Below are positions 62,918 to 64,000 of a stretch of 64,000 nt of DNA, piece by piece. The notes under the pieces were generated by a model. That model was given only the letters and a program-made list of their open reading frames with translations. It made no database searches and was not told the origin of the DNA. Source of the stretch: Candidatus Saccharimonadota bacterium (GTDB lineage Bacteria; Patescibacteriota; Saccharimonadia; Saccharimonadales; Saccharimonadaceae); assembly GCA_027311865.1 (NCBI GenBank), contig DAICYC010000001.1, forward strand, positions 33,880-97,879. The letters run 5' to 3'. Positions within the stretch are counted from its first letter, which is position 1, and every line of letters starts with the position of its first letter. The position numbers were made by a program, and so were the translations under genes.

Positions 62918-63865
62918 TTAGTCGGTAATTATCGTGCCCGCTCGCCCCCGAATCGCATCATAAGCACGGGTTGGCGTCGTGATAATAGCCCGTCGACCGT
63001 CACCCGATTTAACAAATTCAAGCGACGCTTCGATTTTCGGCAACATACTTCCAGCCGCAAACTGACCATCGGCGATATAGTTCTTGGTATCAGCAATGGT
63101 TAATCGGCCAAGTGGAATCTCTTGTGGTGTATTGTAGTTGATTGCGACTTGATCAACTGCCGTCAGAATGAGCAGGATGTCGGCATTAATCGCTTCGGCT
63201 AATTTTTCGGCCGCAAAATCTTTATCAACCACGGCTTCAGCGCCGCGCAAACTGCCGTCAGCCTCGACCACAACTGGTATTCCGCCACCCCCGGCCGCCA
63301 CAACGATGTAGCCTTCGCGAACGAGAGATGCGACAAAGTCTTTTTCAATGATATCAATTGGCCGGGGTGAAGCCACAACTCGTCGCCAGCCACGACCGGC
63401 ATCTTCTTTAACGATAAAGTTTTGACGTCCGGCAGCTGCCTGCTCGGCGGCTGCGCGAGTTTCGTAAAATTGCCCAACCGGCTTGGATGGTCGATGAAAA
63501 GCCTCATCATCAGCTCGAACCAACGACTGCGTCACAACCGTCGCTACCGATTTGGCAACGCCAGCCCGACGCAGCTCGTTGCCAATAGCCAGCTGGAGCC
63601 AGTAGCCGATCGACCCCTGGCTCATTGCAACGCAGCTATCGATAGGTAGCGTCGGCATATCAGCTGTATTAATCGCCTCTTCGCGCAGAATGATATTACC
63701 AACCTGTGGTCCATTGCCGTGCACTACGACAATTTCATGACCATCGCGAACTAGAGCGATTAATTGACGAGCGGTTTGTTCCGCCACTCGAATCTGAGCT
63801 TCAGCCGACGCTTCACCATCTTTCTGTAGCGCGTTACCGCCCAGTGCAATAACGATTCGCGCCAT
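62918..63865 (-). CDS. arcC: Carbamate kinase
   Basis: MARIVIALGGNAL ... VVVHGNGPQVG ... GGGGIPV blocks. Confidence 0.92.
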   Translation of the reverse strand: MARIVIALGGNALQKDGEASAEAQIRVAEQTARQLIALVRDGHEIVVVHGNGPQVGNIILREEAINTADMPTLPIDSCVAMSQGSIGYWLQLAIGNELRRAGVAKSVATVVTQSLVRADDEAFHRPSKPVGQFYETRAAAEQAAAGRQNFIVKEDAGRGWRRVVASPRPIDIIEKDFVASLVREGYIVVAAGGGGIPVVVEADGSLRGAEAVVDKDFAAEKLAEAINADILLILTAVDQVAINYNTPQEIPLGRLTIADTKNYIADGQFAAGSMLPKIEASLEFVKSGDGRRAIITTPTRAYDAIRGRAGTIITD

Positions 63866-63869
63866 TAAC

Positions 63870-64000
63870 TTAAGCCGCTCCTGAGAGTAAAGCCGAAACT
63901 GTCAAAACGACAATCGAGATTACCGAAACGATAACCATGAACTTCCAGGTCCGCTTGAGGTAGATGCCGTATGAAACCTTAGCCAAGGCTAGGCCACCCA
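63870..64000 (-). CDS. C-terminal end of a membrane protein (partial; possibly a transporter of the arginine deiminase operon)
   Basis: Hand translation gives ...GLALAKVSYGIYLKRTWKFMVIVSVISIVVLTVSALLSGAA-stop. The stop lies 4 nt before the arcC ATG. Confidence 0.5.
   Translation of the reverse strand, partial: GGLALAKVSYGIYLKRTWKFMVIVSVISIVVLTVSALLSGAA

Overview
This 64 kb window looks like a small-genome monoderm bacterium. My guess is a Saccharibacteria/CPR-like lineage; that is inference from gene content only and cannot be verified here. It is densely coded, mostly with housekeeping and envelope genes.

Main recognisable content:
- A type IV pilus assembly operon (pilC, pilM, pilN, pilO) and four dispersed prepilin genes.
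- recA-recX, ruvCAB and yebC, plus a UmuC/PolY-like Y-family polymerase.
- A PadR-PspC pair and a GT2 glycosyltransferase with a sortase.
- Three tRNA genes, all with a CAU anticodon.
- A DEAD-box helicase, murC, an archaeal-type aspS, and DsbA plus VKOR.
- A class A PBP, pyrD, a Crp/Fnr regulator and a LemA-TPM pair.
- metK behind a clear SAM-I riboswitch, a heliorhodopsin and carbamate kinase.

Regions worth a second look:
1. An F1-like ATPase cluster (33.0-38.2 kb) runs b-delta-alpha-gamma-beta. It has no recognisable a, c or epsilon genes. Its beta gene breaks off after about 290 codons. The upstream gene ends in a c-subunit-like hairpin that lacks the carboxylate.
2. A G+C-rich, GC3-rich accessory mosaic (about 45.5-51.9 kb and 60.4-62.9 kb) is built from small, individually promoted and terminated cassettes encoding unknown, largely helical proteins. 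It includes three tandem two-gene cassettes, a J-domain (HPD) protein operon, a pair of paralogous small proteins and a UbiA prenyltransferase remnant.
3. A SipW-type signal peptidase cluster (51.9-55.6 kb) carries candidate substrates. A perfect TGTGA-N6-TCACA site lies upstream, matching a near-perfect site on the Crp/Fnr gene's own promoter.

No CRISPR array, rRNA, transposase or integrase was seen. All functional calls rest on motif recognition by eye and need database confirmation.
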